NCBI RefSeq assembly: GCF_036365525.1
Contig: NC_090389.1
Coordinates: forward strand, 35,338,973 to 35,402,972
From: Heterodontus francisci
Lineage: Eukaryota
Length of the DNA stretch: 64,000 nucleotides
Direction: 5' to 3'
The position numbers and the translations under genes are program-made. A model generated the notes under the pieces. The model was not told the origin of the DNA and ran no database searches. It worked only from the letters and a program-made list of their open reading frames with translations. Below, one piece after another: positions 1 through 9,706 of the stretch (positions are counted from its first letter, which is position 1; every line of letters begins with the position of its first letter).

Positions 1-866
1 CTATATGATGGCACCATACTAGTGCCAAGAGGACAAGTTACTCTGAGAGCCCATTGCAATGGCAAGAACAAAGATCTGGAGTTCCAAATCATAGACAGCA
101 AACAAAAGCCACTCATCTCAACAGAAGCAAGTCTAAAGCTTGGACTGGTAGCCCTCAACGTGCAAAAAGAGAAAACCCAGGAGATGCCGACAGGAGCAGG
201 CACCGGTACTGGAACGAGAATGCCTTTGCCAGTCGGAAGGTGACGCGAGTCAGACAGGTGACGAGGAAGATCTGGCAATCGTCTGCTCAGGTGTCCGAGT
301 TGGAGGCTGTGGGGAAGGAGCACTCGAATTCCGCAGAGTGGGCAGACAAAATCAAGGTGAAATGGCAGAAAGCCAAATTTCATTTTGACAAAACTGCCAA
401 ACCATTGCCAGAATTGAGCATTGCAGAGCCAGTCAAGGTACAAATCTTCAATGTACTCAACAAGAGTCAGCCGAAGTGGCAACTTGGGACCTGCATAGAG
501 CAGTTGTCACCTCAATTGTATGCGGTGGCAGTGAAAGACCAGAGATACCGTCACAACCGCAGGCACACACGCACAACTGGAGAAGCTGTTCCTTCATGGC
601 AGGCAGCCAACCAGGAGGATGAGAACTCACCAACTGCACAGACCACAGAACAACCATCAGTCCCAGAGGCCTACAGCACCCTAACTACGGGAATGGAACA
701 ACAATTAACAAGGGAACGACACTTGCCGGAGAAGGAAAATCAACCAGATGGACAATCAACAACAACACGAAAGCGCACCACTAAGAGACGGACACCGTTG
801 CCGGGGATGGAGCACCTGCCCCCTACATCATCGGGGGCGGCCAATCCACCCCAGACATGTAACTGA
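1..866 (+). pseudogene. Ty3/Gypsy pol relic: aspartic protease C-terminal part joined to integrase C-terminal region (RT/RNase H/IN core apparently deleted)
   Basis: ORF 22-243 GQVTLRAHCNGKNKDLEFQIIDSKQKPLISTEASLKLGLV resembles a Gypsy protease tail. ORF 54-866 KFHFDKTAKPLPELSIAEPVKVQ...WQLGTCIEQLSPQLYAVAVKDQRYRHNRRH resembles the Gypsy integrase C-terminal SH3-like segment. Confidence 0.75.
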
Positions 867-879
867 GCTATTGCTGCTG

Positions 880-980
880 CTGTTTCTCTCTCCGCAGACG
901 CTGCCAGACCTGCTGAGTATTTTCAGCACTTTCTGTTTTTATTTCAGATTTCTGGCATCTGCAGTATTTTGCTTTTATTT
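880..980 (+). repeat. Penelope-like element 3' tail fragment (no ribozyme core)
   Basis: Closely matches 12583-12680, the tail of the Penelope terminal repeat (ctctccacagatgctgccagacctgctgagtatttccagcac...gcagtattttgctttta). Confidence 0.85.
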
Positions 981-1409
981 AAGTTAAACACAAATGCTTT
1001 CTTCGTAGCTAAGCATCACCATTTTACTTCAGATTACCTGTGAGTAACATGACTGGAGATTAGCACCGAATTCAAAATAAACTTTTAAATATAAGAATAT
1101 GTACAAATTACTTAGATTCCAAAAACTCCAAAATCTCTTTGGAAGAACAGTATGGAAATAATCCAAGAGTTTCAGATGAAAATCTTTACATTCTGTTAAA
1201 TGAAAGTTTCCTCTTTGTTAGGGTCAGGCAGTGGCAAGGATACCATGGACAGTGAGTTCATCCAGTCTGATCCCAATTCCTAGAGATGCATTTCACCTCC
1301 ATAAGCCAGATACTAATTTGTCATGGAGGTTGTGAATGAATAGTCTGGTTTATCCACAGACAGTTGCCAGGGAGAGAGATTAGTATTTCCAGCACTTTAT
1401 GTTTTTATT

Positions 1410-2615
1410 TTTCTTGCCCTGTCTACAACTCCCCTTCCTCTCCAAAATCCTTGAATGTGTTGTCTTTCCCAGAACTCCATGCTTGAATCCCTCCAATCAG
1501 GTTTACTCCCCTGCTACAATACCAAAACAGCTCTTTTCAAAGTTATCACATGTACACTGACGACACACCACCGTCTCTCCCCACTACTCCACTGTTGCTA
1601 AATTATCAGAGTGTTTAACATCCAGTATTGGATTTGTAGAAAGTGGGAAGAACGAAGCCATTATCTTTGGTGCCCACTACGAACTCTGCTCCCTCGCTAC
1701 CAACTTCATCTCTCTCCCTGGCAACTGTCTGTAGATAAACCAGACTATTCGCAACCTCCATGTCAAATTTGACCTTGAAGTGAGCTTCTGACCCTGTAGC
1801 CGTGCCTTCACTAAGACTGTAACATCACCCAACTCCGCCTCACCTCAGCTCAACTGCTAAAATCCTCATCCATGCCTTCGTTACTTACAGACTTGACTAC
1901 TGGAATGCACTCCTGGCTGGCCTCCCATTCTACCCTTGAGCTCCTCCATAACTCTGCTGCCCATGTGTTTATTCGCACCAAGTCCCGTTCATCCATCATA
2001 ATAAAAGCAAAATACTGCGGATGCTGGAAATCTGAAATGAAAGGGTCACTGACCTGAAGAAGGGTCACTGACCTGAAATGTTAACTCTGCTTCTCTCTCC
2101 ACAGATGCTGCCAGACCTGCTGAGTATTTCCAGCATTTCTTGTTTTCATCCCCTTCACCCATCACTTCTGTGCTTGCTGACCTACATTAGCTGCCAGTCA
2201 AGCAATGCCTCAATTTTAAAATTCTCACCCTTGTTTCCAAATGCCTCCATGGTCTCACTGCTCCTTGTCTCTGTAATCTTCTCCAGCCCCACAAACCTCT
2301 GAGATATTAGCACTAATCTAATTCTGACCTGTTGAGCATCTCCAATTTTAATTGCTCCATCATTGGTGATTGTGCCTTCAGCTGCCTCGGGCTTAAGCTC
2401 TGAAATTCCTTTCCTAAACCTCTCTGCTTCTCTATCTCAGTTTCCTCCTCTAAGATGCTCCTTAAAAACTGCTTCTTTGTTTGAGCTGTTGACCATCTGT
2501 CCAAACATCTCCTAATGTGGCTTGGTGTCATATTTTGCTTTATATAGGGCCTGTGAAGAGCCTTGGGATGTTTTATTATATTAAAGGCACTATATAATAC
2601 AAGTTGTTGTCGTTA
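1410..2615 (+). mobile_element. Old L2 LINE 3' fragment, interrupted at 1999-2148
   Basis: Decayed LIHAFVTYRLDY...LLAGLP RT C-terminal segment at about 1865-1930. L2-type tail gagccttgggatg...aaaggcactatataatacaagttgttgt at 2557-2610. Confidence 0.75.
1999..2148 (+). mobile_element. Short Penelope-derived insertion: inverted tail piece, duplicated hammerhead stem II, then tail
   Basis: Flanked by tcccgttcatccatca (1983-1998) and tccccttcacccatca (2149-2164), a 14/16 match. Core CTGAAGA-agggtcactgacct-GAAA-tgtt-aact at 2054-2086. Confidence 0.75.
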
Positions 2616-3126
2616 CTAACTTTTCTCTTTACGGTCTCTGCTTCACTATTCCCTGTGTAAAAATTGTCTAAATAGTCCCAACCTCTGCTTAGAGGCCAAG
2701 TGAGATGTCAAGTTTCTGTGGATTGGCAGTTGTTCATCAGTGTATTGGGGACAAGCCAGATTATCCTGAACAGACAAGTCAGCAGGAAATGACAGGTTTC
2801 CATTCTTTTGTTTTAACTGCTTTGGTACATTGACCCATCTGCAATCTGATGGATATGCATTAGATTGCATGTAAAAGATATTGATTGGTTGGTCTAAGAG
2901 TTCCCTCTTTAGTTTCCTTTTTAATGGGACATAACAAATGTGGTTTCACATCTCAATCGATCTGAAAATGTTAAACTCCTGCATTTGAACCCTTATCTGC
3001 ATTATGAAATTGAGATAGATTTAGGTTTGTCCACATAAAAGGAAGTAAAAAATAAAACCTGTATGGTTATGCCACACTGATGATGGGGTGTTAACCTCAT
3101 GATTTTATTTCTTAATCCACTGCTTA

Positions 3127-3391
3127 TGTTATGTAGTATAAGAGTTAATACCGAAGACAGTGAGAGAACTTTTTCACTGTACGAGTGATGATGTAACAAT
3201 CACATATGATAAGCCTAAGAAGGTATAGCAACACGAGGATGCTAGCTTAGGTGGCTTGTGGAGAGTGTATAGAGTAACTGTAAATACTAAAGAGTTGTTA
3301 GTTAACCTTCACCGGAGTCTAAGACTTTTTCTGGAATGTCCTACAATGCTACTAATACAAATACAACTAAACCTAATGTAGTGGCAGCAGT
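3127..3391 (+). mobile_element. LTR retrotransposon 5' LTR (about 250 bp) with degenerate tRNA-Leu-type primer binding site
   Basis: Starts TGTTA. The LTR end (aatacaaatacaactaaacc-) recurs at about 4449-4492, ending in CA. tagtggcagcagt (3379-3391) matches TGGTGGCAGCGGT with 2 mismatches. Candidate 4-bp TSD ctta/cata. Confidence 0.55.
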
Positions 3392-3458
3392 AAAACAGCA
3401 ATGAAAGCTACGAGGAGAATTTGAAGATCTCCTTACCTTTGGAAGGAACACCAGGTGA

Positions 3459-4448
3459 ACTTTTTACAATTTATATAAATGACTTAGATGAAGGGACCAA
3501 AGGTATGGTTGCTAAATTTGCTGATGACACAAAGATAGGTAGGAAAGTATGTTGTGAAGAGGACATAACGAGGCTACAAAGGGATATAGACAGGTTAAGT
3601 GAATGGGCAAAAACCTGGCAGATGGAGTATAATGTGGGAAAATGCGAAGTTGTCCATTTTGGCAGGAAGAATAATAAAGAAGCATATTATCTAAATGCTG
3701 AGAGATTGCGGAGCTCTGAGATATAGAGGGATCTGGGTGTCCGAGTGCATGCATCGCAAAATGTTAGTATGCAGGTACAGCACGTAATTGGGAAAGCTAA
3801 TAGAAAGTTATCGTTTATCGTGAAGGGAATTGAATACAAAAGTAGGGAGGTTATGTTGCAGCTATACAGGGCATTGGTGAGACCACATCTGAAGTACTGT
3901 GTACAGTACTGGTCTCCTTATTTAAGGAAAGATGTAAGTGCGTTGGAGGATGCACAGAGAAGGTTTATTAGACTATTACCTGGAATGGGCGGGCAGTCTT
4001 ACGAGGAAAGATTGGACAGGCTAGGCTTGTATCCGCTGGAATTTAGAAGAGTAAGAGGCGACTTGATTGAAACATATAAGATCCTGAGGGGTCTTGACAG
4101 GGCAATCCAGCTGTGGAAAGGCTGTTTTCCTTTGTGGGAGGATCTAGAACCAAGGGTCACTGTTTAAAAATAAAGGGTCACCCATTTAAGACAGAGATAA
4201 GGAGAAATTTTTTCTCTCAGAGGGTCGTGAGTCTTTGGAACTCTCTTCCTCAAAAGGCAGTGGAAGCAGAGTCTTTGAATATGATTAAGGCAGAGGTAGA
4301 TAGATTCTTGATAAGCAAGGGGGTGAAAGGTTATCTGCGATAGGTGGTAATGTGGAGAAATAAGTTCAGCCAGGAACTTACTGAATGGTGGAGCAGGCTC
4401 AAGTGGCCTACTTCTGCTCCTAATTTGCATGTTCGTATGTTCGTATGT
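3459..4448 (+). mobile_element. CR1 LINE, 5'-truncated, frameshifted RT C-terminus
   Basis: FTIYINDLDEG...KFADDTKIG, LYRALVRPHLKYCVQYWSP and FFSQRVVSLWNSLP motifs. Tail repeat gttcgtatgttcgtatgt. Confidence 0.95.
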
Positions 4449-4711
4449 AATGCCCTCCAATTCTGCGAATACAAATACAACTAAACCCAACACATAGAAT
4501 CACAGAATTGTTACAACACAGAAGGAGGTCATTTGGCCCTCTGTGTCCCTGCCAGCTCTCTGCAACATCAATTCAGCTGGTCCTACTCAAAGACTTGGGA
4601 TACATATGACCAAAGCCAGGCACTCAACTAGTCATGAAGAAAAGGCCACAAAGAAAATTGAAGTTGCACGCTGTGATGTTTATAATCAGCTAAATGGAAC
4701 AGAGAAAATTG

Positions 4712-5330
4712 GGAATGAATTTTAGCAGCCCTTTGGAGATGGACTGGGAGACAGGCGGGCTGGAAAATAGCGGGAGAAGGCATCGGGAGGGGAGCCCGCA
4801 TCTTCGTACCACCACGGCATATTAACAGTGACCGGAACCTTAGCGGCACAGCCACCCAACAGGTGGCCAATTGAGCTACCTAAGTAACGGCCACATCCCG
4901 CCCTGCTGATATTTTACCAGCATTGGGAGGGGCTGCTGCCGCCGAGTGGGGAGACTGCCAAGTAAACCCTGGCAACTTCCCAGTGAGTTCCCAGGTGGGG
5001 GTGGTGGTGGTGGTGGGGCCCTCCCCTGCTTAATGGCCACTCCATGGTCCATGGAGGGGGTCCCCTGATGGCAATGAATGCCCCCTGCTTGCAGGTAACC
5101 CATGGGCCCCCACCCCCAACCGTTAGGGCCTGCGTGCTGGCCCTTGCTCTTTAAAATGAACTTACCTTGTCTCAATAAGCACCTCAGCATGGAGGCTCCC
5201 TCTCCTTCATCATGCAGCCTCGACACCTCTGATGCTGACACTGCCAAGGCAGCCTCGCTGCCTGTGCAGGGTCGGCTCCTGCTTTTAATCCGAGTGGCAG
5301 GACTTCTTCGATGATGATAAAATTCCACCC
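4712..5330. mobile_element. GC-rich PIF/Harbinger-type MITE
   Basis: Imperfect TIRs ggaatgaatttta / taaaattccaccc with a 3-bp TSD ttg/ttg. No coding capacity. Confidence 0.65.
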
Positions 5331-5642
5331 TTGGTGTAGTTGAAAGAAAGAAAGGTGGTTATTTTCAAAACTCATGACGTTCCAGCTCACGTCTGCCTGA
5401 GAAAACTTAACATAGGTCAAAATACATAATAGCCCCTAAAATTAAAATCTAAATGATAGAACATAGAACATAGAACATTACAGCGCAGTACAGGCCCTTC
5501 AGCCCTCGATGTTGCGCCGACCTGTGAAACCATCTGACCTACACTATTCCATTTTCATCCATATGTCTATCCAATGACCACTTAAATGCCCTTAAAGTTG
5601 GCGAGTCTACTACTGTTGCAGGCAGGGCGTTCCACGCCCCTA

Positions 5643-8234
5643 CTACTCTGTCCTATATCTATCACCCCTCAACTTAAAGCTATGTCCCCTCGTGTTTGCC
5701 ATCACCATCCGAGGAAAAAGGCTCTCACTATCCACCCTGTCCAACCCTCTGATTATCTTATATGTCTCTATTAAGTCACCTCTTCTCCTCCTTCTCTCCA
5801 ACGAAAACAACCTCAAGTCCCTCAGCCTTTCCTGGTAAGACCTTCCCTCCATACCAGGCAACATCCTAGTAAATCTCCTCTGCACCTTTTCCAAAGCTTC
5901 CACATCCTTCCTATAATGCGGTGACCAGAACTGCACGCAAAACTCCAGGTGCGGCCGCACCAGAGTTCTGTACAGCTGCAGCATGACCTCGTGGCTCCTA
6001 AACTCGATCCCCCTACTAATAAAAGCTAACACACCATATGCCTTCTTAACAGCTCTATTAACCTGGGTGGCAACTTTCAGGGATTTATGTACCTGGTCAC
6101 CAAGATCTCTCTGCTCATCTACACTACCAAGAATCTTCTCATTAGCCCAGTATTCTGCAATCCTGTTACTCCTTCCGAAGTGAATCACCTCACACTTTTC
6201 CGCATTAAACTCCATTTGCCATCTCTCAGCCCAGCTCTGCAGCCTATCTATGTCCCTCTGTAACCTACAACATCCTTCGGCACTATCCACAACTCCACCG
6301 ACCTTCGTGTCATCCGCAAATTTACTAACCCACCCTTCTACACCCTCATCCAGGTCATTTATAAAAATGACAAACAGCAGTGGCCCCAAAACAGATCCTT
6401 GCGGTACACCACTAGAAACTATACTCCAGGATGAACATTTACCATCAACCACCACCCTCTGTCTTCTTTCAGCTAGCCAATTTCTGATCCAAAGCACTAA
6501 TTCACCTTCAATCCCATACTTCCGTATTTTCTGCAATAGCCTACCGTGGGGAACTTTATCAAACGCCTTACTGAAATCCATATACACCACATCCACGGCT
6601 TTACCCTCATCCACCTGTTTGGTCACCTTGTCAAAAAACTCAATAAGGTTTGTGAGGCACGACCTACCCTTCACAAAACCGTGCTGACTATCTCTAAGGA
6701 ACTTATTCTTTTCAAGATGATTATAAATCCTATCTCTTATAACCTTTTCCAACATTTTACCCACAACCGAAGTAAGGCTCACAGGTCTATAATTACCAGG
6801 GCTGTCTCTACTCCCCTTCTTGAACAAGGGGACAACATTTGCTATCCTCCAGTCTTCCGGCACTATTCCTGTCGACAATGACGACATAAAAATCAAGGAC
6901 AAAGGCTCTGCAATTTCCTCCCTGGCTTCCCAGAGCATCCTAGGATAAATCCCATCTGGCCCAGGGAACTTATCTATTTTCACACTTTCCAAAATTGCTA
7001 ACACCTCCTCCTTGTGAACCTCAATCCCATCTAGCCTAGTAGTCTGGATCTCAGTATTCTCCTCGACAACATTTTCTTTCTCCACTGTAAATACTGACGA
7101 AAAATATTCATTTAACACTTCCCCTATCTCCTCTGATTCCACACACAACTTCCCACTACTATCCTTGATTGGCCCTAACCTATCTCTAGTCATTCTTTTA
7201 TTCCTGATATACCTATAGAAAGCCTTAGGGTTTTCTTTGATCCTATCCGCCAATGACTTCTCGTGTCCTCTCCTTGCTCTTCTTATCTCTCCTTTTAGAT
7301 CCTTCCTGGCTAGCTTGTAACTCTCAAGCGCCCTAACTGAGCCTTCACGTCTCATCCTAACATAAGCCTTCTTCTTCCTCTTGACAAGCTCTTCAACTTC
7401 TTTAGTAAACCACGGCTCCCTCGCTCGACAACTTCCTCCCTGCCTGACAGGTACATACTTATCAAGGACACGCAGTAGCTGCTCCTTGAATAAGCTCCAC
7501 ATTTCGATTGTGCCCATCCCCTGCAGTTTCCTTCCCCATCCTACGCATCCTAAATCTTGCCTAATCGCATCATAATTTCCTTTCCCCCAGCTATAATTCT
7601 TGCCCTGCTGTATATGCCTGTCCCTGCCCATCGCTAAGGTAAACCTAACCGAATTGTGATCAGTATCACCAAAGTGCTCACCAACTTCTAAATCTAACAC
7701 CTGGCCGGGTTCATTACCCAGTACCAAATCCAATGTGGCATCGCCCCTGGTTGGCCTGTCTACATACTGTGTCAGAAAACCCTCCTGCACACACTGGACA
7801 AAAACAGACCCATCTAAAGTACTCGAACTATAGTATTTCCAGTCAATATTTGGAAAGTTAAAGTCCCCCATAACCACTACCCTGTTACTCTCACTCCTGT
7901 CAAGAATCATCTTTGCTATCCTTTCCTCTACGTCTCTGGAACTATTTGGAGGTCTATAGAAAACTCCCAACAGGGTGACCTCTCCTCTCCTGTTTCTAAC
8001 CTCGGCCCAGACTACCTTAGTAGACGAGTCCTCAAACTTCCTTTCTGCCGCTGTAATACTTTCCTTGATTAACAATGCCACCCCCCCCCCTCTTTTACCC
8101 TCTTCTCTGTTTTTAGTGAAACATCTAAATCCCGGAACCCGCAACATCCATTCCTGTCCCTGCTCTACCCATGTCTCTGAAATGGCCACAACATCGAGAT
8201 CCCAGGTACCAACCCATGCTGCAAGCTCACCCAC
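5643..8234 (-). CDS. CR1 ORF2 protein: APE endonuclease + reverse transcriptase (C-terminus shortened by a small deletion)
   Basis: 863-aa open frame with VAISETW, VMGDFN, LDLVL, GDTDH (APE) and YRPVSLTS, YMDFSKAFDKV, GVPQGSVLGP, FADD (RT). The frame stays open upstream to about 8310 (GLKCVYFNARS), so the listed GTG start is not necessarily the real one. Confidence 0.93.
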   Translation of the reverse strand: MGELAAWVGTWDLDVVAISETWVEQGQEWMLRVPGFRCFTKNREEGKRGGGVALLIKESITAAERKFEDSSTKVVWAEVRNRRGEVTLLGVFYRPPNSSRDVEERIAKMILDRSESNRVVVMGDFNFPNIDWKYYSSSTLDGSVFVQCVQEGFLTQYVDRPTRGDATLDLVLGNEPGQVLDLEVGEHFGDTDHNSVRFTLAMGRDRHIQQGKNYSWGKGNYDAIRQDLGCVGWGRKLQGMGTIEMWSLFKEQLLRVLDKYVPVRQGGSCRAREPWFTKEVEELVKRKKKAYVRMRREGSVRALESYKLARKDLKGEIRRARRGHEKSLADRIKENPKAFYRYIRNKRMTRDRLGPIKDSSGKLCVESEEIGEVLNEYFSSVFTVEKENVVEENTEIQTTRLDGIEVHKEEVLAILESVKIDKFPGPDGIYPRMLWEAREEIAEPLSLIFMSSLSTGIVPEDWRIANVVPLFKKGSRDSPGNYRPVSLTSVVGKMLEKVIRDRIYNHLEKNKFLRDSQHGFVKGRSCLTNLIEFFDKVTKQVDEGKAVDVVYMDFSKAFDKVPHGRLLQKIRKYGIEGELVLWIRNWLAERRQRVVVDGKCSSWSIVSSGVPQGSVLGPLLFVIFINDLDEGVEGWVSKFADDTKVGGVVDSAEGCCRLQRDIDRLQSWAERWQMEFNAEKCEVIHFGRSNRIAEYWANEKILGSVDEQRDLGDQVHKSLKVATQVNRAVKKAYGVLAFISRGIEFRSHEVMLQLYRTLVRPHLEFCVQFWSPHYRKDVEALEKVQRRFTRMLPGMEGRSYQERLRDLRLFSLERRRRRGDLIETYKIIRGLDRVDSESLFPRMVMANTRGHSFKLRGDRYRTE

Positions 8235-8415
8235 CTTATTCCGGATGCTCCTGGCATTGAAGTAGACACATTTTAAACCAAGCTCTTGCTTGCCACTGCC
8301 CTCGTGTCCTTATAACCTTATCCCTGACCTCACTACTCTCAACATCCTGCACACTGGAACTACAATTTAGGTTCCCATCCCCCTGCTGAATTAGTTTAAA
8401 CCCCCCTGAAGAGCA

Positions 8416-9172
8416 CTAGCAAATCTCCCCCCCCAGGATATTGGTACCCCTCTGGTTCAGGTGAAGACCATCCTGTTTGTAGAGGTCCCACCTACCCCAG
8501 AAAGAGCCCCAATTATCCAGGAAACCAAAACCCTCCCTCCGACACCATCCCTGCAGCCACGTGTTCAACTCCTCTCTCTCCCTATTCCTCACTTCGCTAG
8601 CACGTGGCACGGGCAACAACCCAGAGATAACAACTCTGTTTGTTCTCGCTCTAAGCTTCCACCCTAGCTCCCTGAATTTCTGCCTTAAATCCCCATCTCT
8701 CTTCCTACCTATGTCGTTGGTGCCTATGTGTACCACGACTTGGGGCTGCTCCCCCTCCCCCTTGAGGATGCCAAAAACACGATCCGAGACATCACGTACC
8801 CTGGCACCTGGGAGGCAACACACCAACCGTGAGTCTCTCTCGTTCCCACAAAACCTCCTATCTGTTCCCATAACTATGGAGTCCCCAATGACTAATGCTC
8901 TGCTCCTCTTACCCCTTCCCTTCTGAGCAACAGGGACAGACTCTGCGCCAGAGACTTGTATCCCATTGCCTACCCCTGGTAAGTCGTCTCCCCCAACAGT
9001 ATCCAAAACGGTATACCTGTTGTTGAGGGAAACGGCCACAGGGGATCCCTGCACTGCCTTCTGGTTCCCTCTCCTTCCCCTGACGGTAACCCATCTACCT
9101 TCTTCTTTTACCTGAGGTTTGACTGCCTCCCGATAACTCCTCTCAATAATCCCCTCCGCCTCCCGAATGATG
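8416..9172 (-). pseudogene. CR1 ORF1 C-terminal SGNH esterase-like domain (5'-truncated, frameshift in a G-run near its end)
   Basis: VIGDSIV, CLPGARV, VHIGTND and DGLHLN blocks typical of SGNH hydrolases in CR1 ORF1. Confidence 0.88.
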
Positions 9173-9408
9173 ATCAAGAAATGTTTTGTTCTGGTCTGGT
9201 ACAAAGTGGAAATGTAGTTAGCCATGGTGCAAACTGCTACACCTACGGGAAAAATATGTGAAAAGATCCATTGATACTCCAAGCCAAATTGTCAGGATGT
9301 TAGTACCAATATATTTGAATTTAGTTCAATTCAATATTTAATAATTTTGGAACACAAAGTGCTGGAAATACTCAGCAGGTCTGGCAGCATCTGTGGAGAG
9401 AGAAGCAA

Positions 9409-9445
9409 AGTTAACGTTTCAGGAGCGTGACCTTTCATCAGAACT
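9409..9445 (-). ncRNA. Minimal type I hammerhead ribozyme motif (stem II weakened)
   Basis: Minus strand reads AGTT-CTGATGA-A-aggtcacgctcct-GAAA-CGTT-AACT. The core is intact and stem II is reduced to agg/cct. Confidence 0.7.
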
Positions 9446-9706
9446 GGCAAAGGTTAGAAAAGAATGAGGTTTAAAGCAAGTGAAGGGGAGCTGGGTGGGG
9501 GAGAAAACAAAGGGAAAGGTGTTTGATAGGGCAGGAGAGATTAAATAGCAAAGCTCTCCTGGGAAAAAGGCAAAGCGTGTGCTAATGCTTGTGGTGAAAG
9601 ACAATGCATTAGTCCAGAGAGACTGTTAATAGCAGAATAATGAGCAGCTCTGACTACATGAAAAGCAGGCACATGGTTAAAAAATTAAATATTAAAAAGA
9701 GGCCAG

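Larger units (their letters stand above)
5457..9172 (-). mobile_element. Young CR1 LINE, 5'-truncated inside ORF1
   Basis: Long open ORF2 and ORF1 esterase domain. 3' tail (tagaaca)n at about 5457-5478 on the + strand. Confidence 0.97.

Noticed and set aside
5983-8926. Several plus-strand ORFs of 64-145 aa
   Set aside because: Antisense shadows of the CR1 ORF1 and ORF2 frames.
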